A DNA stretch of 64,000 nucleotides, taken from contig NC_047021.1 of assembly GCF_902652985.1 (NCBI RefSeq), forward strand, positions 24,304,001-24,368,000. Reading direction: 5' to 3'. Positions within the stretch are counted from its first letter, which is position 1. Each line of letters starts with the position of its first letter. Positions 39,900-54,875 of the stretch are shown here, one piece after another. The position numbers and the translations under genes were made by a program. The stretch is from Pecten maximus. Taxonomy: Eukaryota. The notes beneath the pieces were generated by a model. That model was not told the DNA's origin, did not search any database, and saw nothing but the letters and a program-made list of their open reading frames with translations.

Positions 39900-42060
39900 A
39901 TTTGACTGGAAACATCTTTGTCTATTATCCTTTGTCGAATCATCCTGGTGTGTTATATCACGACCATCATTTTTCTAGATTTAATCGATAAGTTCAGAAA
40001 CGTCGCGATTACGCCAATGTAGTCCAGTTCATCTCATTTTCATTTCCCGCTTCTGCCTGTCTCCTTATCTGTTTCCGTACCTGAATTAACTGGTCACATA
40101 TTGTTTGGCGTATCTTACTATTCACAAGAATTACTATCGATTTCGAGATCGGAAACGTTTGTTACCATCGTCTACCTATTGCATCACCAGGGCATCCCGC
40201 CATCGTGAGAACCCCGGGAGGAAATCTCACTCGCACAAGGTCGTTCGTGATTCTCGACATCCGCAATGCGCTTTTGAATAAACTGATCATTTAGCTTTTG
40301 CTTTACTTTATGCTTCAGCATTTGTCAGTCTCAACTAGAATGTTTTTGGAATGACTAACTATGCCGAAAAAAAGTCATTGAATGATGTGTTTGCAATTTG
40401 TAACCATTTTGAATGAAATATATCAATTTTGTGCATTACATATGTAATGCTATATAATTTACTTAATGATTGATCATCTTCTGTAATTTGTGCCAAAATA
40501 AAATCATTTTACTTGTAATCATATTTCCTGATGGAAAGCGTGTTGCTTCACCGTATATAATTAGGAGCAACTTTTCCTTAGTTTTATAAACCTCTGACGT
40601 ATTGTCTCTAAGTAGGTCATATATTTCTGCCAGCACAACAGTGTCGTCGGCATATAACAAAATAAATAGTTTTAATATCTTGTAGATATTTCATCTTTAA
40701 CCACGTCATGAGTAAGGAACTCTAAATCATTCAAATAGAATGAAAATAACAATGACAATCAAAGCTCCACTTGTTTAAACCGATATTACACGGGAGAGGT
40801 TTGGTTTGTTCATTTCAAATTTTTACACAATACTTCGTATTGATATTTTCCCTTATATTACCATTTCACCGTATTTTTTCTAAGTGCAACTCTACAAAGT
40901 ATCAAATACGTGTTTAAAGTCAATGAATGAACAGCATTATTTCGTATTATATGACAAATACACTGACACTTATGTTTCATATTGTCTGTCGAAGCATAGC
41001 CTTTCCTAAATCCGGCTTGATTTCCAAGTATGAGATTTATTTATTCGGTCAACAGATTTAATCTTTTGTAAATAATTTTCGAAAACTCAACACATAAGTT
41101 AACGATAATTAACGAGGTCATTGTTGTCTCACTTGGTTTTGTATATTGGTTTAATTAGACTTTAGTCCATGACTGTGGTATGATACTATAGTCTGATGCA
41201 GGTTTGAATGATTTAACATATATTAATAAAAATTCTCGATTGAATATTTTATATATTCCTTCAAGATTTCATCGTTTCTACACGTTTTATCGTTACTGAG
41301 ATATTGAACAGTCTTTCCTATCTCTATCTCAGATATTGGACTATCAAGAACATGATCATACACATTTCCATGTTAGTCAGTTATAGACAACTGAAAATCT
41401 TCCGCGCCACTGCTGTCAGTATTTGTTGTATGTTTCCTCTATAGATTTATTCACTTAAATGGTTTTCCTCATGCAATCTATTTGATTCAATTATAACTTT
41501 TTTTAGGTTAATTTGTGACAGTTTTATTTTTTCTCCCTCCATTTTGTCTTGGAAGGCTGAAATCATTTTGTCATCGTATTACGGTATCATTTGCCTTTTC
41601 TCTTTAGCCTTTTTTTATTCGGGTTATCTTTTTATGATTTTAGTATTATGTTTTTGCGATACCGGTATTAAACTCTCGCCTTTTGTACACGTTTGTTTTA
41701 GTTTTACCGGACGGGTATACATTTTTTTAACACCGATGTTCGTCAGAATCCATGTTTGTTAATATTTCACTTAGTTATTTTAAGAAATTTCTCAATTTCC
41801 ATTTGGATTTTTAGTATTTCTGGCAACTTACATATTGTATTATATTTAAGCTTTCCGTGTAATTAATTCTTTCGTTTATTTGTTTTATCGATTTTGAGGA
41901 ACATAATTCTGTGATTTTCATCTAGCAAGATTGGACGTTTTCCAAGCAATATTGGAAAGATGGTTTGCAACAGATGATAAAATTTAAGGTACTTTTGGAT
42001 GTAGTTGATATGAAATATGCTGGATATTGAAAAATAACTATTAATCTACAGCTGATTCAA
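39900..42060 (-). mobile_element. Decayed non-LTR retrotransposon (LINE) reverse-transcriptase remnant, copy 1
   Basis: Minus-strand motifs GNQAGFRKG (~41000-41025), FIDFKHVFD (~40900-40930), LFILLYADDTVVL (~40630-40670) and IYGEATRFP, broken by stops and frameshifts. Boundaries approximate. Confidence 0.75.
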
Positions 42061-43332
42061 CTACGAGTTTAGTAGTGTTTTTTTGTGAATAGGGTGAATA
42101 TACTTAAACTTCTAATCAGCTTATGTAAAAAGAGATTAATTATCCTCTATCAACCTGCTATTTTTGTCAAACTATAATTTAAAAAAACAACAAATAAGAA
42201 CTTTGATATGAGCTGGCTATAACATTTCTAAATGGTTAGTTGTATCATCAACAAATGCTAAAAACCTTATATAAAATCTCCCATATGATTCGGAATTTAT
42301 TTGCAGACCATTTTAAAAGGGAAATTGACCGGCATTTTGTTTTATTTCATAACAATAAACTAAAAAATCCCATTAAAAGCCAGTTCTCTAACACTCATCC
42401 CACAATAAAAACAATCGTTATATTTGGTACATTTATTATGTATTCTCTTCTGCTATACCCCTAAATCAATGTCTGTAAACAACTGTATTGTCTGTCCATT
42501 GCCAATATTTGTCCTCACAGTTCCGTACAAGCTTCTAAATCTATAAACTACTTCACACGTGCATAGTTTATCACGATCTTGTCGAACTAACCCTTCCTTG
42601 AGATGTCAGGTATTCAATTAATTTGTAACATCTTTATACATATGTGTGTGTGTCTAATGTCAAATGAATAAAAAGTCATTTACAAGTCCTTACGCATGCC
42701 AATACAGATGTTTATGATATACTTAACATATGCATAAACGTTAAGTTGTACTGTGTGTCTTTTTTCGATCGTGTTTAGCTCTGATTTGCCAGGTTTATTG
42801 TTATGCCGGTATATCCCATTTCTATTTTGTCCCTGATGTCCCTGATATGAAACTTACCAAAAATTATAGATCTTCTCTGTACTTCCTAATCTTATTTCTA
42901 GATACCAATAAATCCCAAATGGATATCACATCTATTTCGATATCTTATTCATTACACGTTGTATACTGTTGTATACTGTATTCTCTATGTAATTAAGGTA
43001 AGCTGGTTTAATTCATTTGTGAGTGTCGCTGTGTTCAATCCTCATACACATTATTGTCTTTAACACGTCATTTATAATGTGCAATATATATTAACACTTT
43101 CTTAATGTCATGTCTGTTATTGATTTATAATATAACTAGACATGATATTACATTACACATCATCCCCTCAAGTAAAACAAATAAAAATATGAATAAATAA
43201 AAACATTTTATTACAAAGATGTTTTATGTGAAATATCATATGTAATCTCAGAAGAATAAATATCATGGTGGAGATAGTCAGTGTTGTAGAGCCTCACTGG
43301 AAAACATCGATATACAGTTTATGACAATGGGT

Positions 43333-44756
43333 CTATACATCCACGCATCCTGCTGCTTCACGATCAAAGATCCGCTCCTTATTTCCCTGTGGACACAGAC
43401 CCTGGTAGATCACGCGCTCTCCTCGACAGACAACAAAATAAGGGGTCTGTTCCCTTCCTGGCCACACATTCAGTCCGTCCGGTCGTCCGGAACAGCTGGG
43501 ATGACGGGCGCTACACGGCACACAATTAGGACCTTGGCACTGGTTAGCCGTATAATCACCTGTATTGAACAGTAAGGATAGGGATTAGTTGGAAAGGAAC
43601 CTGGAATGTCTTTAATCTACAGTAAAATTGTCTGTGATGTTGATAAAGTGTTAAAAAAGCATCATTACGGAACACATTTTGATAATACTAGTTGCAATCA
43701 ATGCTGTTACTCTAGATATACGCAAAAATGATCTCTAATGTTGATAATTAGTTCATATGACAATATGGTATATATCGTTAAATACAATTACAGAATTATG
43801 GATGTAAATGTAGACGAATATGTGTCAAATCAGATTTCAATATCCATTTTACATTAACTTCATTTTTCAGTATGAACAGTTTCCGATGCGGGGAAATATT
43901 TCTGTTCTATTACATGAATTTATATCAAAATATATTTCAAAAGATGAATTCAACATGAAATTCTGTTTCACTTCCGCACAGCGTATATTTAAGTTAAACC
44001 TGTATGATATATATAGATATAAAATGTAACAAAAATTAGAAAAGTAGACTCTTTCATGACTTGTGCCCTGACCGGGCCTCGAACTCGACACGTAATCACC
44101 AAGCTATACATATATAGTTTTCTATACTTACATGGATCCTTGGGTTCGATCCTGTCTCCACATTTAACAGAGTCATGGTAGGCACAAATCTTACTGTCCT
44201 CGTCGTACAGAAGTGGGTAGGGACACTCTTGTACTTCCGGTATAACGGGCGTTCCTAGCTCCCTCGGGACGGGGACAGTGTATGTATTTAGCACAAGAAT
44301 CCTTCAGGGAAGCATAGCACTGTGGAACAGTGTCTTTGATAGAGCCTATGGAAATAAAAAGCTAACGTTTTAAAACATTATTTTAAAAGGTATGAAAGAC
44401 TATTTTCCAATTCAAATTATTTACGGTAGACAGGTTGACCGTGATCTAGGCAATAGTTTATCGTGGTAAAATGTAAGCATTCTGCCAATATTAAGATAAC
44501 TGTATCTACAGCCAAATCAGTTACACTTACATTTGTCCAGTTTGGATCCTTTCGGCACACATGCTTTGCTGTTGGGGTCTGTCACCATGTTTCTGGGACA
44601 CGAGTATTTAGTTCTCTGTCCATTGTAACACAGATAGAAAACGGAACAATCTGTCGGGTCTTCTTTCCACTCGACACCGGTGCTTCCGTCGCATTCCTTA
44701 CTGCTTTCTAAAGCTGATACAACGGACAAAGCAGATAACAGCATAAACACGTTCAT
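43333..44756 (-). pseudogene. g5: ChtBD2 multi-domain gene copy with +1 frameshift in exon 2 (pseudogene or assembly error); exons 44756-44531, 44345-44132, 43559-43333
   Basis: Exon 2 is 214 bp versus 213: GGGGAC at 44271 versus GGGAC in g4, g6 and g7. Start, splice sites and stop are otherwise intact. Confidence 0.75.
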
Positions 44757-45794
44757 TCTGAATGATGGTCGAATATTTCTTATCCAACATCTATCTTATG
44801 ATACCGAATTAGCTTGTGTCTGATTTGTCGATCCATACATGCGCTATATATATATATTCTGAACATCCCACGAACGTGATGATGACGCCATTTTCAAATA
44901 AGTTGCTGCTCCTCGTGTCGCCCACACTTTCCCACTTAACAAATATACATCGTACTTCTGCTGGTCATGACGATAACTCTGACGAAACATGAATGGATCG
45001 GTATTCCCGACTACCGCGGGATTGTAGGAATTTTGGGTATGTTAGTTGGCCACGCGAGGCGTTATATCAAGCCGATTCTGTCTGCTATAGAAATTAAACA
45101 AGTCATCCTCCTTTGAAACTGCAAACATGGGTGGTCATTTCTACATTTTTTGTCCGTCATAGCACCACTCTTACGTCATAGATAGGTGTAGTTCGGTCAG
45201 AGTGTTACGATAGACGTTGGCCGCATAACATATCTACACCGCACAGAGTTGTGTCTGAATGTTCGGGTACCTAAGAAAACATGGTTGTTGTAAGCTGATA
45301 TACTTGAAAAAATGCTTCTTTCTCTACAAGACCTGGAAGGCGAAACAGCTGCTTAAGTTTTAGATTCATTTTTAGATATTACTGTATCTATTTCTTAAAT
45401 TTGAACATAAGACGCTTTTTTTTTACAATTGTGTGCTTTGTACAGGGGGGTTAATGCACTCTCCCATTGTGTCATTTCGTTCGAGCTAGTTTTAATTTCC
45501 TCCTTCGCCTCCTGGTCCGTAGTATACTTTTGTGTCCTTATAGGATGAAATAAATATGAATTGAATGAAATTTATTGTTTGATTTAATGCATCTCCCTCT
45601 TAATCTGTGTTTGCCTTGTCTTGCGTGAAATGCGCCATCAATATATGATACATGCACCGTTGCTATTTCTATATTATTAAAATTTTGATTTTTTTTTCTT
45701 TTGATATCTTTTATAATTTCATATTAAGTACTTAGTAAGTCTGTTTCTGTTTGTTATATTTCTTTTCACCACCAGAAAAGAAAATAGTATAAAC

Positions 45795-46110
45795 TTGTAT
45801 TACATTTTTTCCATTGAAATAAAATCAAAAAAAAAATCGATAAAAGTGACATTTCCACTAGTGAAAAATATCACTTTTTATGTTTTAACCAATCAAAACA
45901 TTGCGTACAAACAACAATGGGAAAAATAAAAAGCGTATCCGGTATATTTTGCTCTAAAATGTAATAAACAGAATATCTAACATTATCTTCAGTAATACCA
46001 AATATATTTCACTCATGTGGCTGCGCACTCGTGAAAAATATCAAAAAGTTTCTCTCACTATTTAAATATATTTGGTATTACTGAAGACGCTGTCCTCTAT
46101 ATCCTCTATG
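45795..46110 (-). mobile_element. ~320-bp interspersed repeat insertion shared by units g5, g6 and g7 (also ~52445-52760, ~61380-61697)
   Basis: TTTCACTC(A/G)TGTGGCTGCGCACTCGTGAAAAATATC motif and ATATCCTCTAT end. Absent at the homologous site upstream of g4 (~37270). Confidence 0.6.
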
Positions 46111-47799
46111 TAATATATATATGTAAATGTAAAGAGTTGGATCGAGTTGAATATTCGACAATTTTTTACTGTTGCTATTACTTCAATACGCATATAGCAA
46201 AAATCCGTTTGTTCTGATCCAGTACTAATATTAGAACAATGAAATTGTACAATGTGAATTCAGTATTGTTATGTGATGTACTAATGGACCATACCGTTAC
46301 TATTACCAACTATATCCTGCTGGAATTATATACACGAACTCTTATTCAAGCCCTTGTTAATGTTTTAGTTAATTGTCCTGAAAATCCCATTGATCAATTC
46401 AGTTTCATACGAAAAGAAAATCAAAGCATAGAAACATTTGTGTTACTTTAGTATGAACTGTACTACGACTTTTAGCAAAATTTAGATTCATTAAAAAGAC
46501 AAATAAAATTTAACCAATAAAGCTGTAAAACCATACATTTTGGCTTTAGTTTACTTTTGTTCTCGAATGTTTGTGTGATGTTTTCTTTACCAATCGAGTA
46601 TTGATGGAATATTCTTTTTAGTTTCATGCTGGTATGAAAGAAAAACCGAGCTCGAAATCTATCATGACTACACGTAAATGTATTACTTTTAAAATTTACA
46701 ATTAATTACTAGATCGTCAAGTGGAAAGTTTAAAGTACATTGAATTGAATAGAGGTGAACAGGTAAACCAATAATTTCTTTTACACGGAGTTTGATATTA
46801 GTCTCCCAAACGTATGTCGTTCAATATTCCAGAAGCTCAGACAAGTTGCTGCCCTTTTATAGTAAACAAGAATAAAACAAACGTGGTCTCTGATTAACTG
46901 TTGCAAAATTTATGAAAAACTATTTGATGTTGCAGACTGTTTAAACAGATTTTTAACAATAAAATATAACTGATGCTAACATGAAAGGTGTAAGAAAATT
47001 TATGTTTATTGTTTATGTAATTCCTTTGCTTTTTTAATTATTCTAAATGTATTTAAATGAATTATGCATCATACAAGTGAATTAATACTGCTGTCTTCTT
47101 ATTACGGTGATTTTCATTTCTGATAAATGTTATAAATATACTAGTGATAACTTTTTAAAAACAAAACCAGCATAGAAAAGTCAAGATTAAATATATAACT
47201 GAAATTCAAACCACGATAAAATCCAAGTTAAGGAGCTATAAGATAAACATTTCGTCCATGATTGACATATTATTGTCGCATTTCGATTGCTTACAGAAGA
47301 ATGGGGACACAATTTAGTCTTATCTTACTTTTTATATCAAACTTGGTTGATCGTTATAACAAGCTTAGGCTTTTTATGGGGTAATATCATTTCAGTTTGT
47401 AAATGAAAAACAAATTTGCTTCAAAAGGCAAATGTTTACGTTGGATTATCATTCTTCAGATAATATGAACATTTTGAATATAAACCCCCATCTCTCTTAA
47501 CAAGGCTTTAAAATCGGTTATGTTTAATACATATTTGGTTCTATTTCTGAGGCATCGATTCTTATCGTCCTAGCTATCATTATATGTTACACTCACCACA
47601 TTTCTTATTTGAATATATAGTGGACTCTGTCTAAACCGGATACCATCGCCACTACATAGTAAGGCCGATTTGTAGAGAACTCCAGATTATAGAGTGTTTT
47701 TTTTTTATCATTACATGTATAATAAATAGTTTTGCAATATATATACAAAATTGGTAAAATGTTGAACATAGTTATGTCATTCCTTCGCTATCACATCAT

Positions 47800-49870
47800 T
47801 ATATTGTCAACCTAGACTTCTTCAATTAAGATATTGAATTGAAAACACCTTTGACTGTTTGTTACCTTTTATCAAATTATCCAGATGTTGTATATACCGG
47901 TCATCATTCGAAAACGTCCCGCTTACGTCGAGATCATCTCATTTTCATTTCCTGCTTCGATATTTGACTCCTTATCTGTTTCCGTACCAACATCAACTGG
48001 TCGGACATTGTTTAGTGTTTCCTTTTCATAAAAAAGAATCACTTTCGATTGAGAGTTGATATATGTAGACCTAGTGACGGAAACATTTGTTATCATCCTC
48101 TATCTATTCCATAATCAGGATATTCCGCCATCGTGGGAACCTCGCGAGTCAATCACACTTGCATAAAGCAGTTTGCATTCTCGATAGCCTCAATCAATTT
48201 TTTAATAAACTGATCCTTTAGTTTTTGTTTCACTATAAGTTCCAGCTTTTGTCGACTTCATCTAGTATTTTTTCGAATGACTTTACATTCCAAACCATTC
48301 CAAGTCATTGAATATTTTTTGTACAATTTCAAACCATTTTGAAGAAAATACATCCAGTTTTTGCATAACATATATAATGTGATATAATTTACTTAATAAT
48401 TTATCATCTTCTGTGATTGATTTGTGCCAAAATAAAATCATTCTACTTTTAATTATATTTCCTGATGGAAGATGTCTTGATTCATTGTATATAATTAGAT
48501 TATAATTAAGTTTTATAAACCCCAGATGTAATGTATCTAGACAAGTCATATGTTTTGAATCCTAAAATATCTTATGCGTTTAACAATATCGGCGATATTT
48601 ATGTATCAAGTACTTTAAACTGTTAATCAACAGATATTTGGATATTAATTTTCCTATATACATTGCAATTCAAATCAAGGTTTCTGACCTTGAACCTCTA
48701 TTCATTTTCTTTTAGCCTGACCAAGGTGTCCTTTAGAGTGGAACAATAATCAAAGGAATGGATAATAATTTACAATGTCAAAAAGTCCTGCCCGTACAGC
48801 ATAAATTTATGACAGTTTTTTCTTATCGATAAAATTAATTTCTTAAACTTGTTTATAGTAACTTTTAATTTCCATTCTTTATAGTATATATCACTAGCTA
48901 CATCTTATGCTTTCTGTAGGCCTTCGGTAATTCTGGCAGCACAACAGTATCGTCGGTATATAACAAAATAAATAGCATTGGGTACATTCTGTTGAAGTGT
49001 TGACTAAATTATCAATATATTGTAGAAATTTTATATTAAACCTCGATATCAGCAAGGAACTCTTAATCATTCAAATAGATTGAGAAGAAAACTGGCAATG
49101 AGTGGCACCTTGTTTTAAACCGATATTACAGGAGAAAAATTAGTTCGTTACAATTTTTATACAAGAGTTCATATTGATATTTAACCTTATACTACTTTTG
49201 AACATTTTGCCGAAAGTACGACTCTCTGCACAGTATCAAAGGCTTTTTAAAGTCAATTAATGAACAACATAATTTCTGATTATATGATAAATTATTGATG
49301 CTAATGTTCAATATTGTCTGCAGTGGCACAGCCTTTCCTATATCCGGCTTGTTTTCCTCGTATGAGATTTATTTAATCGGTCAGCTGATTCAATCGATTA
49401 TTTGATATAGATGTGAATAATTTCTGAAACATGATACTAAAGTTAAGGATAGGTATCGAGGTCGTTGATGTCTCCCTTGGTTTTGTATATTGATTTAATT
49501 AGCCCCATAGTCAATGTGATATAATACCAGTGTGGTATACAGTATTGAATAATATAACATATACCTTAACTATTGAATGTTTTTGATATTCATTAAGGAT
49601 TCCATTGTTTCCACACGTTTATTGTTATTGGGATTTTGAATAGCCTTTCTTATCTATATCTCAGATATTGGACTATTAAGAACATGATCACAATATTTCC
49701 ATTAGATGTAGAAAACTGAAAATCTTCCGCTTCACTGCTGTCAGTAATAAGATTTATTTTGTATATCCTCTTTATATTTATTCACTTTAGTGTTTTTCCT
49801 CCTGCTATCTATATAATTTTTTTCATTTTTTGGGTCACTTTTGGACAGTTTTCTTATTTCTCTCTCCATT
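47800..49870 (-). mobile_element. Decayed LINE RT remnant, copy 2
   Basis: LFILLYTDDTVV-like (~48940-48975), DFKK(A)FDT-like (~49232-49256) and QAGYRKG (~49330-49350). Homologous to copy 1. Confidence 0.75.
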
Positions 49871-50114
49871 TTAATAACATTTTAATACATGTCATGTCCA
49901 AATTGATTGATGACATTACTAAATATGATTCATATTATTAACAAATCATCCTTTTAAATAAAAAAGAATAATAAATCAATCGAAAACTTTTATTACAAAA
50001 TGTTTTGATAAGAAATATCATATGTAATCTCAGAAGAATAAATATCATAGTGGAGATAGTCAGTGTTGTAGAGCCTCACTGGAATACATCGATATACATT
50101 TTATTACAATGGTT

Positions 50115-51388
50115 CTATATATCCACACATCCTGCTGCTTCAGGGTCGAAAATCCGCTCCTTATTTCCCTGTGGACACAGACCCTGGTAGATCACGCGCT
50201 CTCCTCGACAGGCAACAAAATAAGGAGTCTGTTCCCTTCCGGGCCACACATTCAGTCCGTCCGGTCGTCCGGAACAGCTGGGATGACGGGCGCTACACGG
50301 CACACAATTAGGACCTTGGCACTGGTTAGCCGTATAATCACCTGCATTAAACAGTAAGGATAGGGATTAGTTGGAAAGGAACATGGAATGTCTTTAATAT
50401 ACAGTAAAATCAATTATTTAACTCTAGATGATTTTAAGAAATGCACATAGGATCTCAAATATTGATGATTAGTTATACTAAACATTAAGGTATGCATCTT
50501 TAAAGACAGTTACAGTAAAACATGTGTTTGTAGAGGATTCCTAGCGATTTCCTTCTGGTGGTTGTAACTAGCTAAATGATGGCCCTCAGTTTGCGATTTC
50601 TGTTGTATTACATGAACTTATAATGAAATATATTTAAAAATCAGCACGTAGTTGCGACCTATGACATATAATCCCCAAGCAAGAAATACCCCAAGCTTAC
50701 ACCTGTGCACCAAATTCACGTCTCGATATATTTCTTGGCGTATAAGGGATTCATACTAACATGGATCCTTGGGTTCGGTCCTGTCTCCACATTTGACAGA
50801 GTCTGGGTAGGAACACAGCTTACTGTCCTCGTCGTACAGAAGTGGGTAGGGACACTCTTGTACTTCCGGTATAACGGACGTTCCAAGATCCCTCGGGACG
50901 GGACAGTGTATGTATTTGGCACAAGACTCCTTCAGGGAAGCATAACACTGTGGAACACTATCTTTGATAGAGCCTACGGAAATATAAAGCTAACGTTTTA
51001 AAACATTATTTTAAAAGATATAAAAGACTATTTTCCAACTCAAACTATTTGCGGTAAACAGGTTGACCGTGATCTAGGTAAAGATGCTTGTTATTTTGGT
51101 AAAGTGTAGCATTCTGCCAATATTAAGATAAATGTATTTGCAGCTAGAACAGTTACACTTACATTTGTCCAGTTTGGATCCTTTCGGCACACACGCTTTG
51201 CTGTTGGGGTCTGTCACCATGTTTCTGGGACACGAGTATTTAGTTATCTGTCCATTGTAACATAGATAGAACACGGAACAATATGTCGGGTCTTCTTTCC
51301 ACTCGACACCGGTGCTTCCGTCGCATTCCTTACTGCTTTCTAAAGCTGATACAACGGACAACGCAGATAACAGCATAAACACCTTCAT
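50115..51388 (-). CDS. g6: secreted multi-domain ChtBD2 protein, 221 aa, intact; exons 51388-51163, 50973-50761, 50341-50115
   Basis: Signal MKVFMLLSALSVVSA. Exons 226+213+227=666 bp with GT-AG phase-1 introns. TATA-like (TA)n at ~51476-51488 and AATAAA at ~49989-49994 (-). Confidence 0.9.
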
Positions 51389-53765
51389 TCTGAATGATGG
51401 TCGAATAATTTTATCCAACATCTATCTTATGATACTGAATTAGCTTGTGTCTGATTTGTCGATCCATACATGCGCTATATATATATATTCTGAACATCCC
51501 ACGAACGTGATGATGACGCCATATTCAAATAAGTTGCTGATCCTCGTGTCGCCCACACTTTCCCACTTAACAAATAGACATCGTACTTCTGCTGGTCATC
51601 ACGATAACTCTGACGAAACATGAATGGATCGGTATTCCCGACTACCGCGGGATGGTAGGAATTTCGGGTATGTTAGTTGGCCACGCGAGGCGTTATATCA
51701 AGCCGATTCTGTCTGCTATAGAAATTAAACAAGTCATCCTCCTTTGAAACTGCAAACATGGGTGGTCATTTCTTCATAATCTGTTCGTCATAGCACCACT
51801 CTTACGTCATTGATAGGTGGAGTTCGGTCAGAGTGTTACTGTAGACTTTGGACTCATTACATATCTACACCGCACAGAGATGTGTCCGAATGTTCGGTTA
51901 CCTAAGAAAACATGGTTGTGGTAAGCTGATATACTCTTGAAAAACAATCCTTCTTTCCCTACAAGACCTGGAAGGCGAAACAGCTGCTTCAGTTTTAAAT
52001 TCATTATTAGATATTACTTGATCTATTACTTAAATTTGAACATTAGACGCTATTTGCAGTTGTGTGTTTTGTACAGGGGGTTATTGCACCCTCCCATTGT
52101 GCCATTTTTTTCGAGCTAGTTTTAATTTCATCCGTCGCCTCCTATACAGCAACACTTCAGGTGCTTAGTATACTGTTGTGTCCCTATAGTGCGAAATTAA
52201 TATAACATAGAAATTAATTAATTAATTGTTTGATTTAATGCATCTACCTTTAATCTGTCTTTGCCTTGTCTTGCGTGAAATGAGCCATCAATATATGATA
52301 CATGCACCGTTGCTATTTCTATATAATTAAAATTTTGATTTTTTTTTCTTTTGATATCTTTTATAATTTCATATTAAGTACTTAGTAAGTCTGTTTCTGT
52401 TTGTTATATTTCTTTTCACCACCAGAAAAGAAAATAGTATAAACTTGTATTACATTTTTTCCATTGAAATAAAATTAAAAAAAAAATCGATAAAAGTGAC
52501 ATTTCCACTAGTGAAAAATATCACTTTTTATGTTTTAACCAATCAAAACATTGCGTACAAACAACAATGGGAAAAATAAAAAGCGTATCCGGTATATTTT
52601 GCTCTAAAATGTAATAAACAGAATATCTAACATTATCTTCAGTAATACCAAATATATTTCTCTCGTGTGGCTGCGCACTCGTGAAAAATATCAAAAAGTT
52701 TCTCTCACTATTTAAATATATTTGGTATTACTTAAGACACTGTCCTCTATATCCTCTATGTAGTATATATATGTAAATGTAAATGGTTGGATCGAGTTGA
52801 ATATTCGACAATTTTTAACTGTTGCTATTACTTCAATACGCATATAGCAAAAATCCGTTTGTTCTGATCCAGTACTAATATTAGAACAATGAAATTGTAC
52901 AATGTGAATTCAGTATTGTAATGTGATGTACTAATGGACCATACCGTTACTATTACCAATTATATCCTGCTGGAATTATATACACGAACTCTTATTCAAG
53001 CCCTTGTTAAGGTTTTAGTTAATTGTCCTGAAAATCCCATTGATCAATTCAGTTTCATACGAAAAGAAAATCAAGGTACAGAATCATTTGTTTTACTTTG
53101 GTATGAACTGTACTTCCACTTTTATAAAAAAAAATGTTTAGATTCATTAATAAGACAAATTATTTAACCAATAAAGGTGTAAAACCATTCATATACATAT
53201 TAGCCTTAATTTACTTCTGTTCTCGAATGTTTGTGTACAGTTTTCTTTACTAATCGAGTATTGATTAATTTTTTTTATTAGTTGATATGAAAGAAAAACC
53301 GAGCTCGAAATCCATCATGACTACACGTAAATGTATTACTTTTAAAATTTACAATTAATTACTTTATTGACTACATCGTCAAGTGGATAGTTTAAAGTAC
53401 ATTGAATTGAATAGAGATGAACAGGTAAACCAACAATTTCTTTTACACGGAGTTTGATATTACAGTCTCCCAAACGTATGTCGTTCAATATTCCAGAAGC
53501 TCAGACAAGTTGCTGCCCTTTTATAGTAAACAAGAATAAAACAAACGTGGTCTCTGATTAACAGTTGCGACATTTATGAAAAATTATTTGATGTTGCAGA
53601 CTGTTTAAACAGATTTTTAACAATAAAATATAACTGATGCTAACATGAAAGGTGTAAGAAAATTTATGTTTATTGTTTATGTAATTCCTTTGCTTTTTTA
53701 ATTATTCTAAATGTATTTAAATGAATTATGCATCATACAAGTGAATTAATACTGCTGTCTTCTTA

Positions 53766-54875
53766 CGCATGTGGGTTAATGTTGCATTTATAATTAAAAA
53801 GAACAAAAAACATCATGTTTTAATATAAATTCAATATTTAATGATTTCCCGGTTAGTTCTGTTTGTTTTTTTGATCGGATTTTAATGTTAGGTGTCCAAG
53901 GTCTTTATCGGGATGTTTTCGTCGTTCCTCGTGTTCTCGCGGGGTCACGTGACCGGCACGAAGGACTACATTAACACTTGGTCGGTAAATATGGCCAGAG
54001 CACCCGACCAACGTATTTTGGCGTACAAACAAATATGATACACTTATTCATCGTGCTAAGAAACCGAGAAAAAGTGCTGTACATTCTTCTATTTATTCAA
54101 GTATGGTTACATAACGGCATTATAAACTGGTGTTAATTGAAGAAATGCCGATTAATTGACTACTTTTTAAGTAATTTTGACGATGTTTGTCATTTTCGTA
54201 AGAATGTACAGCACTTTTCGTTGCTCTCATACAATTACCTTCACGCTCGTACCTGTTTCATAAGTATTGATTTAGGGTAGTCGGGTGCTCTAGGACGATT
54301 CATAGAGCAAGTGTTAATGTTCATTCTCCAATATTGGAACTCTTCAGTGTTTTAAGTATTGAAATCGGCATATAGAAACGAACAGACGTTACTAAACGAA
54401 TGCAATGGATCGTAATTAATTCAATTAATTATTTACAGATGATTTCCAAAGACATAAGGTATAGTTAGAAGTTTTCGGCTGTACACATGCAAGTTTGTAA
54501 ATTCGTCACTGTGATGAAACCATCGTCCTCGTCGTTGCCATGACAGCCAATCGAAGCTGCGATCACGAATGCACTGACAAAGTGAAAGTTGAAGTATTTT
54601 TCGCAACATGCGGTTTAAAATTAAAATTACAGTCACACCTCATATTGATTGGGGTTGTTTAATCATACCTGATCAATTGAAGTATCAGAAAACTAACAAA
54701 AACATTAAAAAACACAGAATGAAGCCTTCGTGTCAGGCAGTGCAGACACAACGCGGGATCTGTAAACAATGTGACGTCATTGGAATGTACAAGTTGCAAC
54801 AATGTACAACAATGTATATTTTACATGAATACACTAATGAGCAACAAAACGGGACGCAACATTAACCCACATGCG
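53766..54875. mobile_element. TA-targeting TIR element (Tc1/mariner-type MITE), present only in the g6 unit
   Basis: Perfect 20-bp TIR CGCATGTGGGTTAATGTTGC ... GCAACATTAACCCACATGCG with a TA TSD. Empty site TTCTTATTACGG at ~47096 in the paralogous unit. Confidence 0.92.

Noticed and set aside
39075-39991. Longest ORFs in the track (268, 170, 139 aa; YRTLR/KGPIT/DPSLS repeats)
   Set aside because: They arise from a 15-bp minisatellite open in several frames on both strands and absent from the paralogous units. No gene structure.
51389-51421. N-terminal extensions given by the ORF track (g6 MLDKIIRPSFR; TTG starts for g1, g2, g3)
   Set aside because: The TTG starts are prokaryotic-style calls. 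The ATG directly before the signal peptide is the one conserved across paralogs. Use of the upstream ATG in g6 cannot be excluded, but it depends on the TSS.
46239-53167. Recurrent ORF MDHTVTITNYILLELYTRTL... in units g5/g6/g7
   Set aside because: Recurs only because of the segmental duplication. Stops differ between copies and the g4 homolog is disrupted. It may be a very old TE fragment but is not a supported gene.
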